Both the position numbers and the translations under genes were made by a program. Source: Firmicutes bacterium CAG:460 (GTDB lineage: Bacteria > Bacillota_I > Bacilli_A > RF39 > UBA660). Taken from it: a stretch of 64,000 nt of DNA. The notes beneath the pieces were generated by a model. That model was given only the letters and a program-made list of their open reading frames with translations. It searched no databases and was not told the origin of the DNA. Within the stretch, counting starts at the first letter, position 1; each line of letters begins with the position of its first letter. The stretch covers positions 50,404 through 114,403 of the forward strand of contig FR899774.1 in assembly GCA_000437355.1 (NCBI GenBank). Direction: 5' to 3'. Of this stretch, positions 29,930 through 40,960 are shown piece after piece.

Positions 29930-30946
29930 TTACTCTATTGTTAAATTTTGTCCAGAGGGTTGAATTTGAATAAATGTATTACCATCATTTACATCTATTT
30001 CTTTACCATCCGTATAATAATATTTTGTTTGGCTCTTTCTAGATTCTTTTACCCATTTTATTGGAATGCTATATCCATTTGTAATGTAGTAACCTTCTCC
30101 AGAACCAATATTTTCAATATCTTGACGACCTTTGTTTTCACCATCATTTAGTGTTGTATTTTTTACTTGATATGTAATTATATTTTTAAAATGATATTGT
30201 TCTTTTGTTACATAGTCAGTATGTGCTTTGCCATTAACACTTCTTAAGTAATATTTGTTAGTTTCATCATATTTGTAACTTGTAACTGTATTACTTGAAT
30301 ATGTTATTGATACATTATTAGCAACTTTGGCTCCCTCTTTTTTAGAAATATCAACTTCATCAACACTATAGTTTAATAATAAATCATTATTTCTAGTAGT
30401 TCTTTTACTACCAAGACCATTATTTAACTTTTCAATACTTGTAAATAATGTGTGTTCTGATGCAACATTTAAACTCTTATCTCTCCAGCCAGTTTTAGAA
30501 TTATCAACTACAATTCTATCAACACCTAGAGCACTAAAATCTCTTTGAGCTTGAGGACTTTGACCATGATGAACATAAATTGCATCATTTTCTAAAGCAT
30601 AATCTAGGAAATAATGTCTTGCACTTCGGATTGAACCTATTCTTTCAGTATTTTGGTCCATAAATAATGCCATATAACGTGTTATTCCGCCTTCAGCTAT
30701 TAATTCATAAATAATGTAAGCATCTTGTAAGCCACTTTGTAGTGGTCTTGCAACACTTATGTTATTAATCATAACTGCATATGGTCGAGAATTTTTACTT
30801 GTATCAACTATTTTTAAATTTTTCTTTTCTGGTGATTGTGTTGTTTTTCCAGTATCCTTTGTTGTTTCTTTTCCACATCCACTTAGAGATATGCAAAATA
30901 TACCAATTAATAATATCGTTAATATTTTTGAGAATTTAGATTTCAT
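29930..30946 (-). CDS. DUF3048 (YerB-like) lipoprotein
   Basis: Lipobox LSGCG. PYAVMINNISVARPLQSGLQDAYIIYELIAEGGITRYMALF matches the DUF3048 N-terminal signature. Confidence 0.65.
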   Translation of the reverse strand: MKSKFSKILTILLIGIFCISLSGCGKETTKDTGKTTQSPEKKNLKIVDTSKNSRPYAVMINNISVARPLQSGLQDAYIIYELIAEGGITRYMALFMDQNTERIGSIRSARHYFLDYALENDAIYVHHGQSPQAQRDFSALGVDRIVVDNSKTGWRDKSLNVASEHTLFTSIEKLNNGLGSKRTTRNNDLLLNYSVDEVDISKKEGAKVANNVSITYSSNTVTSYKYDETNKYYLRSVNGKAHTDYVTKEQYHFKNIITYQVKNTTLNDGENKGRQDIENIGSGEGYYITNGYSIPIKWVKESRKSQTKYYYTDGKEIDVNDGNTFIQIQPSGQNLTIE

Positions 30947-30948
30947 AA

Positions 30949-31377
30949 TTACCTCCTTAACCTATTATCTCTTTCCATGTCCCTTTTTTTAATCATTTCT
31001 CTTTTGTCATAAAGTTTTTTACCTTTAGCAACACCAATTAAAACTTTGGCTTTGCCTTTTTTTAGATAAACTTTTAAAGGAACTAAAGTGTATCCTTCGC
31101 GACTAGTAAGTTCTAGCAACCTCTTTATTTCTTTTTTGTGAAGCAATAATTTTCTTTCTCTAGTCGGTTCGTGATTAAAAATACTTCCTTCATCATATTT
31201 ATCAATGAACATATTGATTATATATGCTTCATTTTTTTTAATTCTAACATAACTATCTGTTAAATTTACTGAGCCTTTTTTTATAGATTTTATTTCCGTT
31301 CCAACAAGGACAATACCTGCTTCTATTTCAGATGAGATAAAATAATTAAAATAAGCTTTTTTATTTGTTATTTCCAT
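30949..31377 (-). CDS. smpB: SsrA-binding protein SmpB
   Basis: 142 aa with the SmpB core. Follows rnr. Confidence 0.9.
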   Translation of the reverse strand: MEITNKKAYFNYFISSEIEAGIVLVGTEIKSIKKGSVNLTDSYVRIKKNEAYIINMFIDKYDEGSIFNHEPTRERKLLLHKKEIKRLLELTSREGYTLVPLKVYLKKGKAKVLIGVAKGKKLYDKREMIKKRDMERDNRLRR

Positions 31378-33472
31378 TATTGTCCCCCACTAATTCAAAG
31401 TCAATAATGCCTTGTTTTTTACTAGCCTTTGTAACTATTATTCTTACCTTGTCACCAATACGATATTTTTTCTTTTTATTGCTACTTATTAACGATAGCA
31501 TTTCTGGAACATATGTGTAAAATCCATTTAATGTACTTATATGAACTAACCCTTCAACTAAATTATCTAATTCAACAAATAATCCAAAATTTGTTACACC
31601 ACTAATAATCCCGTCATATTCTTCCCCAACATGTTTTTCCATATATTCAGCCATCTTCATGTCTAAAACATCTCTTTCGGCTTCAATAGAATTAACTTCT
31701 GTTTCACTAGAATGTTCAGCAACATCTATTAGATATTTAGCATTAAAATTAATTGTTTCTAAATCAATTCTGTTTTCAAAAAGATAAGTTCTAAGAAGTC
31801 TATGAACAGTTAAATCTGGAAATCTTCTTATTGGGCTGGTAAAATGAGTATAGTTTTTACTAGCTAGACCAAAGTGACCAATATTATTTGTACTATAAAT
31901 AGCTTTTTTCATACTTCTAAGTAACATATCAGAAAGTATTACAAATTCATCTTTATCACGAAATTCATCAAGTAGTTTTTGCATGGTAACAGGTGTTATT
32001 TTGTTCAAGTTAGTATGGACTTGATAACCAAGTTGTTTTATTAAGTTGCAAAAATCTTCAATCTTTTCGGCATTTGGTAAATCATGAACACGGTAGATAA
32101 ATGGTAAATCCATATTACTTATATGTGTTGCTACAGTTTCATTAGCTGCTATCATAAAGTCTTCAATTAACTTTTCGCCAGTGCCTTGTACTCGTTTTAC
32201 AATATCAATTGCTCGACCTTTTTTATCTTGTATTACTTTCGCTTCATCTATTCCAAAGTCTATGTATCCACGATTAATTTTTTCTTTTCTTAATATCTTT
32301 GCTAACTCATGCATTGTTTTTAATGTATCAACAAATTCTTCGTAACCTTTTGGAACTTTATTTTCATCTAATATTTTGTTTACGTTTTTGTAAGTCGTTT
32401 GTTTTCTAGACATAATATATGATGGAAATATATCGTAATCAATAACTTTTCCAGCATCATTAATTGTCATTACACAACTAATTGTAAGTCTTACTACTTC
32501 GGGGTTGAGAGAACAAATACCATTTGATAATTGATGTGGTAGCATTGGTATAACTGTGTCTGCTAAATAACTTGATGTTCCGCGAGAAAATGCACTATCA
32601 TAAAGGGCAGTTCCAACTTTAGCATAGTTTGAAACATCTGCAATATGAACTCCAAGTATATAATTGTTCCCATCTTTTTTTACACTTATAGCATCATCGA
32701 TATCTTTAGTATCATCACCATCTATTGTAAAAATCATTTCCTTTGTTAAATCTGTTCTTCCAATTAAATCATTTTCACAAACGGTATCAGGAATATTTTT
32801 TAATTCGTTTAAAACCGCTTCACTAAATATTGTTTCAATTGAATGTTTAGCTGCAATTGTTAAAATATCAACGCCCGGGTCATTTTTGTGTCCTATAATT
32901 CTTTCAACTTTACCTAAAAATGTTCTATTACCAATTTCTTTTATAATTGAAACAATAACTTTATGGCCTTCTACGCAACCTTTCATACTGTCTTTAGTCA
33001 ATTTTACTGCAATATTTAACTTTTCATCATCTGCTTTAAAAGCAAGATTTTTCTTATCTTTTACTATTTCTCCAACGACGGTTTTTAAATCTCTTTTCAA
33101 AACATTTCTAATATATCCTTCGGGATTTGGGTCACTAAGTCTTGTTTTTATTTCAACTTCAACAAAGTCGCCGTTTATTGCCCCTAGTAAATCATCATTA
33201 TGAACAAATACTGGTTCTGGTTCACATTCAACAAATCCATTACCATTTTTATTAATTTTAAGAACTCCAACACGTAAAGACTTTGTGTTAGACATTAATA
33301 AATATTCGTGATTTTTAGACATATGAACAATGCCCTCTTTTACTAGTTCAGCTAGGGTTGCTTCGAGTTCTTTTACGCCTTCTACACCTTTTAATTGGAT
33401 TTTACTATTTATAGTATTTATATCTTGTCCTTTTGTTTCATCTTTTAATGCTTCTAATATTTTTTCCCTCAT
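31361..33472 (-). CDS. rnr: Ribonuclease R
   Basis: 703 aa with cold-shock, RNB and S1 domains ([35 protein letters not shown]). Confidence 0.9.
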   Translation of the reverse strand: MREKILEALKDETKGQDINTINSKIQLKGVEGVKELEATLAELVKEGIVHMSKNHEYLLMSNTKSLRVGVLKINKNGNGFVECEPEPVFVHNDDLLGAINGDFVEVEIKTRLSDPNPEGYIRNVLKRDLKTVVGEIVKDKKNLAFKADDEKLNIAVKLTKDSMKGCVEGHKVIVSIIKEIGNRTFLGKVERIIGHKNDPGVDILTIAAKHSIETIFSEAVLNELKNIPDTVCENDLIGRTDLTKEMIFTIDGDDTKDIDDAISVKKDGNNYILGVHIADVSNYAKVGTALYDSAFSRGTSSYLADTVIPMLPHQLSNGICSLNPEVVRLTISCVMTINDAGKVIDYDIFPSYIMSRKQTTYKNVNKILDENKVPKGYEEFVDTLKTMHELAKILRKEKINRGYIDFGIDEAKVIQDKKGRAIDIVKRVQGTGEKLIEDFMIAANETVATHISNMDLPFIYRVHDLPNAEKIEDFCNLIKQLGYQVHTNLNKITPVTMQKLLDEFRDKDEFVILSDMLLRSMKKAIYSTNNIGHFGLASKNYTHFTSPIRRFPDLTVHRLLRTYLFENRIDLETINFNAKYLIDVAEHSSETEVNSIEAERDVLDMKMAEYMEKHVGEEYDGIISGVTNFGLFVELDNLVEGLVHISTLNGFYTYVPEMLSLISSNKKKKYRIGDKVRIIVTKASKKQGIIDFELVGDNNGNNK

Positions 33473-33478
33473 AATATA

Positions 33479-33835
33479 CTATCCTTCTTTATGTGTACAA
33501 ATCATTTTACCATCTTTCCAGCTAATTTGTACGAAACTTTTAGTATCTTCACTAACTAACTTATTATTTAAAGGATTTTTTAAATTATTTTTGATATACT
33601 TTTTATCAATTAGTCTTTCATACTTAACTTTGCAAAGATATTCAAAACCTTCACACAACGCTTCAGTATAATTTTCATCTTCAGCTAATTTGCATGCAGC
33701 TTTTTCTAATTTTTCGTGATAATCATTAATTTCTTTTGTTTTTATACCACCAAAAATCAAAACGACCGCTAGTATAATCGTAATAATTATTATTAATGCT
33801 AATAATATTGTCAGTACCCTCTTTTTATTCTTCAT
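33479..33835 (-). CDS. Pilin-like small secreted protein, paralog of 33874-34224
   Basis: N-terminal TM and a C-terminal Cys pair. The C-terminal halves are similar (KNPLNNKLVSEDTKSFVQISWKDGKMIC vs KNPKNNKTILEDSTIIGVKVSWKNNEKKC). Confidence 0.4.
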   Translation of the reverse strand: MKNKKRVLTILLALIIIITIILAVVLIFGGIKTKEINDYHEKLEKAACKLAEDENYTEALCEGFEYLCKVKYERLIDKKYIKNNLKNPLNNKLVSEDTKSFVQISWKDGKMICTHKEG

Positions 33836-33873
33836 TTTTTATCACATATAAAGTATAACATATTTATTGTTAT

Positions 33874-34224
33874 TTAACTAGTACTTATTGAACATTTTTT
33901 TTCATTATTTTTCCATGATACTTTTACGCCAATTATTGTTGAATCTTCTAAAATGGTTTTATTATTCTTAGGATTTTTTAAATCTTTTTTTATTAGACCA
34001 GCTCTGACAATAGTTTCCTTGCTAATTGTTTCAGCTGTTGTAATGTTATTTATTTCAACATATAAACAAGCAGCGTTTTCTATTTCTGTTTTGTAAGCAT
34101 TATACTTTTTGTCTTCCTCTTTACCAAATAAGCCAGTCATACTAACTCCTACAGTTACTGATATCGCTGCTAATAATGCTATTACTACTATAATTTCTAT
34201 TAATGTAAATCCATTTTTTTTCAT
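33874..34224 (-). CDS. Type IV pilin / competence pseudopilin-like protein (prepilin-type N-terminus)
   Basis: MKKNGFTLIEIIVVIALLAAISV is a class III signal with the G/FTLIE cleavage and methylation motif. 116 aa with two Cys near the C-terminus. Confidence 0.55.
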   Translation of the reverse strand: MKKNGFTLIEIIVVIALLAAISVTVGVSMTGLFGKEEDKKYNAYKTEIENAACLYVEINNITTAETISKETIVRAGLIKKDLKNPKNNKTILEDSTIIGVKVSWKNNEKKCSISTS

Positions 34225-34286
34225 ATTGTCTCCCTTTATTTTAACTAAATTTATTATACACTAAATATTTATAAATTGCATTATTT

Positions 34287-35301
34287 TTATACAAATTTGT
34301 ATGTGAGCGGTGCTAGTTTTTCACTTCTAACAAAGTTTGCCACAAACTTGTCTTGGTCTTTTGTTATAATTATTCCTATTGTTGGGTTATTATTTGGTTC
34401 TTTAACATAGTTATCAACAAGGTTCATATAGAATTCCACTTGACCTTTATCTTCTTTTTTAAGTTTTCTACATTTTATTTCTACTACTACATAACAATCA
34501 TATTTAATATTGTAAAGTAACATATCTATAAAATAGTTTTTATTTCCATCGCTAACTTTATATTGATTTCCTACCCAAGTAAATCCTTTACCTAATTGTA
34601 AAAACACACAACTTAATTGTGAATAAATTAATTTTTCTAAATCACTCTCTGATTTTATTTCTTTATCTTTTAATTCTAGTAATATTGGATTTTTAAAGTT
34701 ATCCTAATTCTAAAAACACATAACTTAATTGTGAATAAATTAGTTTTTCTAAATCACTTTCTGATTTTATTTCTTTATCTTTTAATTCTAGTAATATTGG
34801 ATTTTTAAAGTTATTTATTATTGCTGGTACTTTTATAGGAACAATCATATCAATTTTTTCTGGCTTATGTTCTAATCTTTCATACGAATTACTTTTTATT
34901 TCTTTTATTAATTCTCTTTGAGACAAATTATTTTCAATGCATAAATTTATATAATAGTTTCTTTTGTTCTCATCTTTTATTGGCAAAATAGTTCTTATTA
35001 TTGTCCAACTCAATTGTTGGCGCACTGCGCCAATTATTGGAAAACATAGATATAATTGCCTAAACCTGGATAAATTTGTATAATCATATCCTTTACCATA
35101 TTCTTTTGTTAACTTTGCTGACCAATCTTTTAACAACTCATTTCCATACTTAGATTTATCTTTTCCTCCTTGGGCTTCCACTATTAATCTTCCCACATTC
35201 CAATAACATTCTACTAATTCCATATTAGCATTTGTTTCTCTGATAGCTTTTCCTATTTCTACTTTTTTAACATAACTATTTACTTCATCATAATAATTCA
35301 T
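34287..35301 (-). pseudogene. DUF1016/YhcG-type PDDEXK nuclease gene disrupted by a 112-bp internal tandem duplication
   Basis: Split into 200-aa and 106-aa ORFs. Removing one 112-bp unit restores a continuous frame. A full-length homolog lies at 59574-60476. Confidence 0.75.
34591..34814. repeat. Two tandem copies of a 112-bp unit (~97% identical) inside the DUF1016 pseudogene
   Basis: Unit A is 34591-34702 and unit B is 34703-34814. Three mismatches were seen. The unit length is not a multiple of 3. Confidence 0.85.
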
Positions 35302-35413
35302 TTTTTACCTCCTTTTAGAAATAAATACAATTTTTCTTTCATATATAATATTTCCTAAAGAGTTTAAATTTTTGCACTTTTTTTGAAACTTTTTTATTTA
35401 TTTTTGAGGAACA

Positions 35414-35445
35414 TAAAAAAATCCCTTTATTTAAGGGAAATTTTT
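35414..35445. terminator. Rho-independent terminator downstream of secG
   Basis: TCCCTT-TATTT-AAGGGA hairpin with a T-run on the minus strand. Confidence 0.5.
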
Positions 35446-35579
35446 CATTTAAAAAATTTTTTGTTAAATTTTTTACTTTACGATAAAAACGACAATATTT
35501 TTAACACATATCGTGTAAAGTGCAGTTTTTGATACTCAGTCTGAGTATTTTAAATTACAAAAAAAATAGTGGTTTCCCA

Positions 35580-35798
35580 CTATTTCAAGAACAATATTAA
35601 TGATATAACGAAGAATAATATTCCTAAAATCATAGTAATTCTACTAACTACTAGTTCTAAGCCTCTTTCTTTTTGGTGTTGAAATAAATTATCATTTCCA
35701 CCAGTTATTATTCCACCGGCATCACTAGCTTTATTTCCTTGTAAAAGAACTATAGCTATTAGTAATATTGATATTACAAGTAATATATTTTCTAACAT
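35580..35798 (-). CDS. secG: Preprotein translocase subunit SecG
   Basis: 72 aa. The two-TM sequence MLENILLVISILLIAIVLLQ...GGIITGG is SecG-like. Confidence 0.8.
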   Translation of the reverse strand: MLENILLVISILLIAIVLLQGNKASDAGGIITGGNDNLFQHQKERGLELVVSRITMILGILFFVISLILFLK

Positions 35799-35853
35799 TT
35801 TAACACATCCGTTTCATAAATAATCTATCACAAGTTGTTAAACTTTGCAACAA

Positions 35854-37788
35854 TTATTTTTCTTCTTCCTTTGTTTTTCTTGGTTTTTTCTTTGGGTTTT
35901 TTTCTTCTTCGTTCTTTGTTTCTTTTTCAATTTCTTCAATTGGTTTGATTTCACCAGTTTCAACAATTGACTCAATTTGTTCTTTAGTTATTGTTTCATA
36001 TTTCATTAATGCATCACTTAGAGCAAAGATTAAATCTTTGTTTTCACCGATAATTTTTTTAGCTTTTAAATAACAATCTTCAATAATTTTACGAACTTGT
36101 TCATCAATTTCTAATGCTACTTGGTCTGAGAAATCTCTTGATTTAGCATAATCTCTTCCTAAGAAGACATTTTCACTTTTTTCTTCATATTGAACTGGAC
36201 CTAAGTCACTCATTCCATATTCAGTAACCATACTTCTTGCAATACGTGTTGCTTTTTTGAAGTCATCGCTTGCTCCGGTTGAAATTTCATTTAAGAACAT
36301 TTCTTCACTTACACGTCCACCAAGTAAACCAGTAATTTGTGCAAGTAATTCATCTTTAGTCATGACAGCAATTTTTTCTTCTTTTGGAAGCATCATTGTG
36401 TAACCACCAGCCATACCACGTGGTATGATTGTAATTTTATGGACTTCTTGAGCATCTTCTAGTTTTATACCAATTACAGCATGCCCTGCTTCATGAATTG
36501 ATACAAGTTTCTTTTCTTTATCAGTTATTTTTCTAGTTGTCTTAGCAGGTCCAAGTAAAACTCTATCTGTTGCTTCATCTATTTCATCCATTGTAATAGC
36601 ATTTTTATTACGACGAACTGTAAGAAGTGCAGCTTCATTAAGTAAGTTTTCTAGGTCTGCTCCAGAAAAACCTGGTGTACGTAAACTTAAATTACTTAAG
36701 TTAACATCTTTACCTAATGTTTTATTTTTAGCATGAACTTTTAAGATTTGTTCACGTTCATTAGCATCTGGTAGACTTACTGTTACTTGTCTATCGAAAC
36801 GTCCTGGACGAAGTAGAGCTGGGTCTAGAACATCTGGTCTATTTGTAGCTGCTATAATGATGATACCTTCATTTTCACCGAAACCATCCATTTCTGTTAA
36901 TAATTGGTTAAGAGTTTGTTCTCTTTCATCATGTCCACCACCAAGACCTGTTCCTCTTTGACGACCTACGGCATCAATTTCATCTATAAAGATTAAGCAT
37001 GGAGCATTTCTTTTTGCTTCTTTGAACATATCACGAACACGTGATGCTCCGACACCTACGAATAATTCAACGAAATCTGAACCGCTTATAAAGAAGAATG
37101 GCACATTAGCTTCACCTGCAATAGCTTTAGCTAGTAATGTTTTACCTGTTCCTGGAGGGCCTACTAATAAGACACCTTTAGGAATTCTTGCTCCCATTTT
37201 TTCAAACTTTTTAGGGTTCTTTAAGAAGTCTATTAATTCTTCAACTTCTTCTTTTTCTTCTTTTAATCCAGCAACATCTTTAAAGCTCTTCTTATCATTT
37301 TCATTGCTTAAACGAGCCTTACTTTTTCCAAAATCCATTGAATTTTTATTTGAGTTTGCTAGTTTAGTAAATAAAATATACATGATAACTACCATTAAAA
37401 CTAAAGGTAAAACGTTAACTAAGATATATAAGAAAACATTTTCTCCAGGATCTGAATTAGTATCATATTCTTTTACATCATTTTCTTTTATTAAAGATAA
37501 AACAGTGTCTAATTCTGTACCAACTACTTTTGCTTGGAAACTTTCAGTCTTTTTATAATTTTCTAGTTTACCTTCAATTACATATATACTTTCATTACTT
37601 TTTGGAGTAACAGTAATTTCTGTAACATTATTTTCTTTTAATTCTGAAATTAATTCTCCAGTCTTTAATTCATGAACTTTAGTACCTTGCATGTTTAAAG
37701 CAAATAACACTATAGCTATTACCCCTGCTAAAACTAAATAAGGTAAAAAGTTTTTAAAATTATCATTTCCTTTTGTTTTTACATTCAT
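35854..37788 (-). CDS. ftsH: ATP-dependent zinc metalloprotease FtsH
   Basis: AAA+ motifs (GPPGTGKT) and the HEAGH zinc site. Confidence 0.95.
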   Translation of the reverse strand: MNVKTKGNDNFKNFLPYLVLAGVIAIVLFALNMQGTKVHELKTGELISELKENNVTEITVTPKSNESIYVIEGKLENYKKTESFQAKVVGTELDTVLSLIKENDVKEYDTNSDPGENVFLYILVNVLPLVLMVVIMYILFTKLANSNKNSMDFGKSKARLSNENDKKSFKDVAGLKEEKEEVEELIDFLKNPKKFEKMGARIPKGVLLVGPPGTGKTLLAKAIAGEANVPFFFISGSDFVELFVGVGASRVRDMFKEAKRNAPCLIFIDEIDAVGRQRGTGLGGGHDEREQTLNQLLTEMDGFGENEGIIIIAATNRPDVLDPALLRPGRFDRQVTVSLPDANEREQILKVHAKNKTLGKDVNLSNLSLRTPGFSGADLENLLNEAALLTVRRNKNAITMDEIDEATDRVLLGPAKTTRKITDKEKKLVSIHEAGHAVIGIKLEDAQEVHKITIIPRGMAGGYTMMLPKEEKIAVMTKDELLAQITGLLGGRVSEEMFLNEISTGASDDFKKATRIARSMVTEYGMSDLGPVQYEEKSENVFLGRDYAKSRDFSDQVALEIDEQVRKIIEDCYLKAKKIIGENKDLIFALSDALMKYETITKEQIESIVETGEIKPIEEIEKETKNEEEKNPKKKPRKTKEEEK

Positions 37789-37797
37789 TTATTATAT

Positions 37798-39108
37798 TCA
37801 CCTTGCCTTACATCTAATTATTATATCATATTTTTCTGATTTGTCTTTAGAAAATTGCGATTTTTTTAAATTTGGAACCCATAAAACTGTATTTTTGGCG
37901 TCAACTACGATAGGATAAGTACTTCTTTTAGCTTTTGGAACCTTTTCATCTATAAAAATATCACTTATTTTCTTGTTGCCATTTAAATTTTTAACTTGCA
38001 TTTTATCTCCAGCTTTAACACTACGTATTTTTAATGGCAAACTAATTTCACTGCTATTTAAATATATACAAGAATTTGTATTATCTCCATCCTTATTATT
38101 ATAGTAAAAAATGAAGTCTTCTATAACAATATCTTTATCAAAAACAATTTCTTCTAGTTTTTTATCTTCTTTTTTCTTAATAAAAACATGTCCATAACTG
38201 TTAATTCCTTGATAATAATTGTTTAAGTCTATACATTTATTGTTTTGATTTAATAGCTTTATTAAATTATTCATTTGTTCATCAGATATATCAAAATAAT
38301 CTTTACTTTGAATGTCTTTTACTAGAATTTCTAAACATTTTCTTTTAATAAAATCACTTTCGTTATTTATATTGTTAATAACTATTTGATTATCTACAAT
38401 AAAATTATTATTTTTAATATAATTAGTTACAAAACTATCATATTCAATTAATTCTTTAGAAAATTTTAAGTATTTTTCATGAACTTTAGGATTTTCCTTT
38501 TTTAAGAATGGTAAAACAATATGTCGATATCTATTTCTAGTATGTTCTAACTCATTATTTGTTTTATCAACTCTGTATGGAACATTATTTTCTTCAAGAT
38601 ACTTAATTATTTCATCCTTTGTTACCTTTAAAAGTGGTCTTAAAATTAAATTATCACTATGTGTAGATATTTCTTTGATACCTATATAACCACTTAGGTT
38701 GCTTCCTCTTGTTAAACGCATTAAAATTGTTTCAATTAAATCATCTCCATGGTGCGCTGTTAAAAGTTTTTTGGCATTGTATTTCTTTAATAATTCATAA
38801 AAAAATTCATATCTTCTTCTTCTAGCATCTTCTTCTGTGAATGTTTTTTCAAGATACTCATTAATCTCAAGTAACTCAAAAATTAATCCATTATTTTTAG
38901 CATATTTTTCCACCATTTGGGCTTCTTCTTCACTTTCAATACGTAGTTTATGGTTAACATGAGCAACAATTATTTTTAAATTTAACTCATCTTTTAACTT
39001 GGTTACTAAATCAAGTAGGCACATTGAGTCAGGGCCTCCGCTACAAGCTACAACAACAGCATCTTTATTATTTAAATTATTTTTTAAAAAATCTATTACT
39101 TTTTTCAT
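37798..39108 (-). CDS. tilS: tRNA(Ile)-lysidine synthetase TilS
   Basis: PP-loop VVACSGGPDSMCLL. 436 aa. Directly upstream of ftsH, with no hprT between them. Confidence 0.85.
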   Translation of the reverse strand: MKKVIDFLKNNLNNKDAVVVACSGGPDSMCLLDLVTKLKDELNLKIIVAHVNHKLRIESEEEAQMVEKYAKNNGLIFELLEINEYLEKTFTEEDARRRRYEFFYELLKKYNAKKLLTAHHGDDLIETILMRLTRGSNLSGYIGIKEISTHSDNLILRPLLKVTKDEIIKYLEENNVPYRVDKTNNELEHTRNRYRHIVLPFLKKENPKVHEKYLKFSKELIEYDSFVTNYIKNNNFIVDNQIVINNINNESDFIKRKCLEILVKDIQSKDYFDISDEQMNNLIKLLNQNNKCIDLNNYYQGINSYGHVFIKKKEDKKLEEIVFDKDIVIEDFIFYYNNKDGDNTNSCIYLNSSEISLPLKIRSVKAGDKMQVKNLNGNKKISDIFIDEKVPKAKRSTYPIVVDAKNTVLWVPNLKKSQFSKDKSEKYDIIIRCKAR

Positions 39109-40188
39109 TGTAACTCCTTTAAATTGTATACAAGCATTTCTTTTATGTTACCATCAAGAATTTTTTCTGGTTCATGTGACTCATAATTACTACGATGATC
39201 TTTTACCATTTTATAAGGTTCCAAAATGTAACTTCTTATTTGGCTACCAAAATTAATACTTGATGACTCACCTTTTAAAGCATTTAATTTTGCTTGTTCT
39301 TTTTCTAGTTCTATCATGTATAATTTATTTTTTAACATTTTCATTGCTTGTTCTTTGTTGTTTAATTGACTTCTTTCATTTTGACACGTAACTACTGTTT
39401 TAGTTGGTATATGAGTTATTCTTACTGCTGAATTACTTGTATTAACTGATTGACCACCTGCTCCGCTTGAATGATAAACATCTATTTTTAAATCTTCTTC
39501 TTTTATTTCAATATTAATATCTCTTTTTATCTCAGGCATAATACTTACCGATGCAAATGATGTATGTCTTCTGGCCCCAGCATCAAATGGTGATATTCTA
39601 ACTAAACGATGCACTCCATCTTCTTTCTTTAAATATCCATAAGCATAATCACCACTTATTTTTAAAGTAATACTTTTTATTCCTACTTCTTCACCTTTTT
39701 GTTCATCTATTATTTCCCACTTGAAGCCTTCTTTTTCAGTAAATCTTTCATACATTCTAGCTAGCATACTAGCCCAGTCACATGATTCTGTGCCTCCAGC
39801 TCCTGGATGAATTTCTAAATATGCATTTAACATATCAAATTCTCCACTTAAGATAACAGATGTTTCCAACTCATTTATTTCTGTTTCTAATGTTATTAAC
39901 TCTTCCCTTATCAACAAGAAAAAATCTTCTTCGTCAGCTATAAGCAATTCTAAATTATCCGCTATTTTTTTATTTAAATTATTATATAATGTTACTTCTT
40001 TTTTTAAATTTGCTAATCTTTTGTTGATATCATTCGCTTTATCAACATTTTGCCAGAAATCTTCTTGTTTTTGTTCTTCTTCTAGGGCAGATATTTCTTC
40101 CTTTTTTTTATCTAAGTCAAAGATACCTCCCTAGAGAATTTAAGGTTTCTTTATATTCGTTTAATTTATTTAATAATTCTTCTTTCAT
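39105..40188 (-). CDS. prfB: Peptide chain release factor 2, requiring a programmed +1 frameshift
   Basis: Frame 0 runs MKEELLNKLNEYKETLNSLGRYL and reaches an in-frame TGA. The +1 frame then continues DLDKKKEE...GGQSVNTSNSAVRITH. The slippery site AGGAGGTATCTTTGAC is at ~40117-40131. Confidence 0.9.
40117..40131 (-). other. prfB +1 frameshift site (internal SD-like AGG AGG, then CTT TGA C)
   Basis: On the minus strand, GGAGGTATCTTTGAC matches the conserved RF2 autoregulatory recoding site. Confidence 0.8.
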
Positions 40189-40249
40189 GCGAATTTTCCT
40201 TTCGTGCCATTATTCTATCATATTTTCTCAAAAAAAACTAGGGTCCAAA

Positions 40250-40283
40250 AGAAAAAACTAAGTAACAATGTGCTACTTAGTTC
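40250..40283. terminator. Rho-independent terminator between the surface-protein paralog and prfB
   Basis: AACTAAGTA-GCACATTG-TTACTTAGTT followed by TTTTTT on the minus strand. Confidence 0.45.
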
Positions 40284-40292
40284 TATTAGCTA

Positions 40293-40960
40293 TTAGTTAA
40301 AGTATTTTTTTCTTTTAGCAATACTTTTTGCTACTAATCCTAGACCAGCAACTGATACAATACCAACTACTAAATCTAAAACTATTTTATCACCTGTAGG
40401 TGGGTTTACTATCACTTCATCTTTAACATCTTCATAAGCTAAGGCATATGTAGAGAATTTATCTGATTCAAATGATAATACGTTTCCATCAACTGATGCA
40501 GAAATTATTTCTGATTTTCCATCATGATATCTAACAACATAATACTTTCTTGTATAGCCTTCAGCAACTTTTGTAAGTTCTTCTGGTAAAGCCATATTGA
40601 ATTTGATTTTGTTATCTAATGTAGATAATGTTCCTAAAGTTTCTCCAGTAATGTTATTTTTTACATTTAATGTTATATCGAAGAACAAAACTACTTTAAT
40701 ATCATTTTTTTCTTTAGCAAGTTCTTTAATACTTTTTTGTTGCATCAGTTGGTGCTTCTTCTTCTTTTTGATTATCAATAGTTACCATAACTATAGCATT
40801 AATATCTGCTACATCAAGTTTAGAATTCTTATCTATCTTTTTTGTAATAAATTTATTTGTAATAGCACTTGTTTTAATTAAACCAGTTAATATTACGTAA
40901 TTTTATCTTCGGTAACTAATACTTCTTTTGAACCATTAGTTCATTTTTTTAATGTATTTA
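40293..40960 (-). pseudogene. Second copy of the C-terminally anchored surface-protein gene. The N-terminal region is decayed by stops and frameshifts, leaving a 161-aa 3' ORF.
   Basis: The 3' ORF (ALPEEL...KFSTYALAYEDV...TM-KRKKYFN) aligns with 17812-18102. The upstream region encodes homologous pieces (ILTGLIKTSAITNKF...) in other frames with an in-frame TAA. Confidence 0.45.

Noticed and set aside
29600-30950. tmRNA (ssrA) downstream of smpB
   Set aside because: I looked for GGGG...5' and ...GGTTCGA(T/A)TCC...CCA 3' signatures and found none. This region is occupied by protein-coding genes.
32664-33203. A 179-aa plus-strand ORF, together with many other 60-180-aa ORFs in the track (e.g. 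2293-2481, 7330-7542, 14303-14632, 37022-37558, 63281-63640)
   Set aside because: All lie antisense within well-supported genes (rnr, the RNB gene, asnB, nusA, ftsH, the zinc-ribbon gene). Antisense to K/E/N-rich AT-rich coding sequence gives long open frames rich in F/L/I/S by chance.
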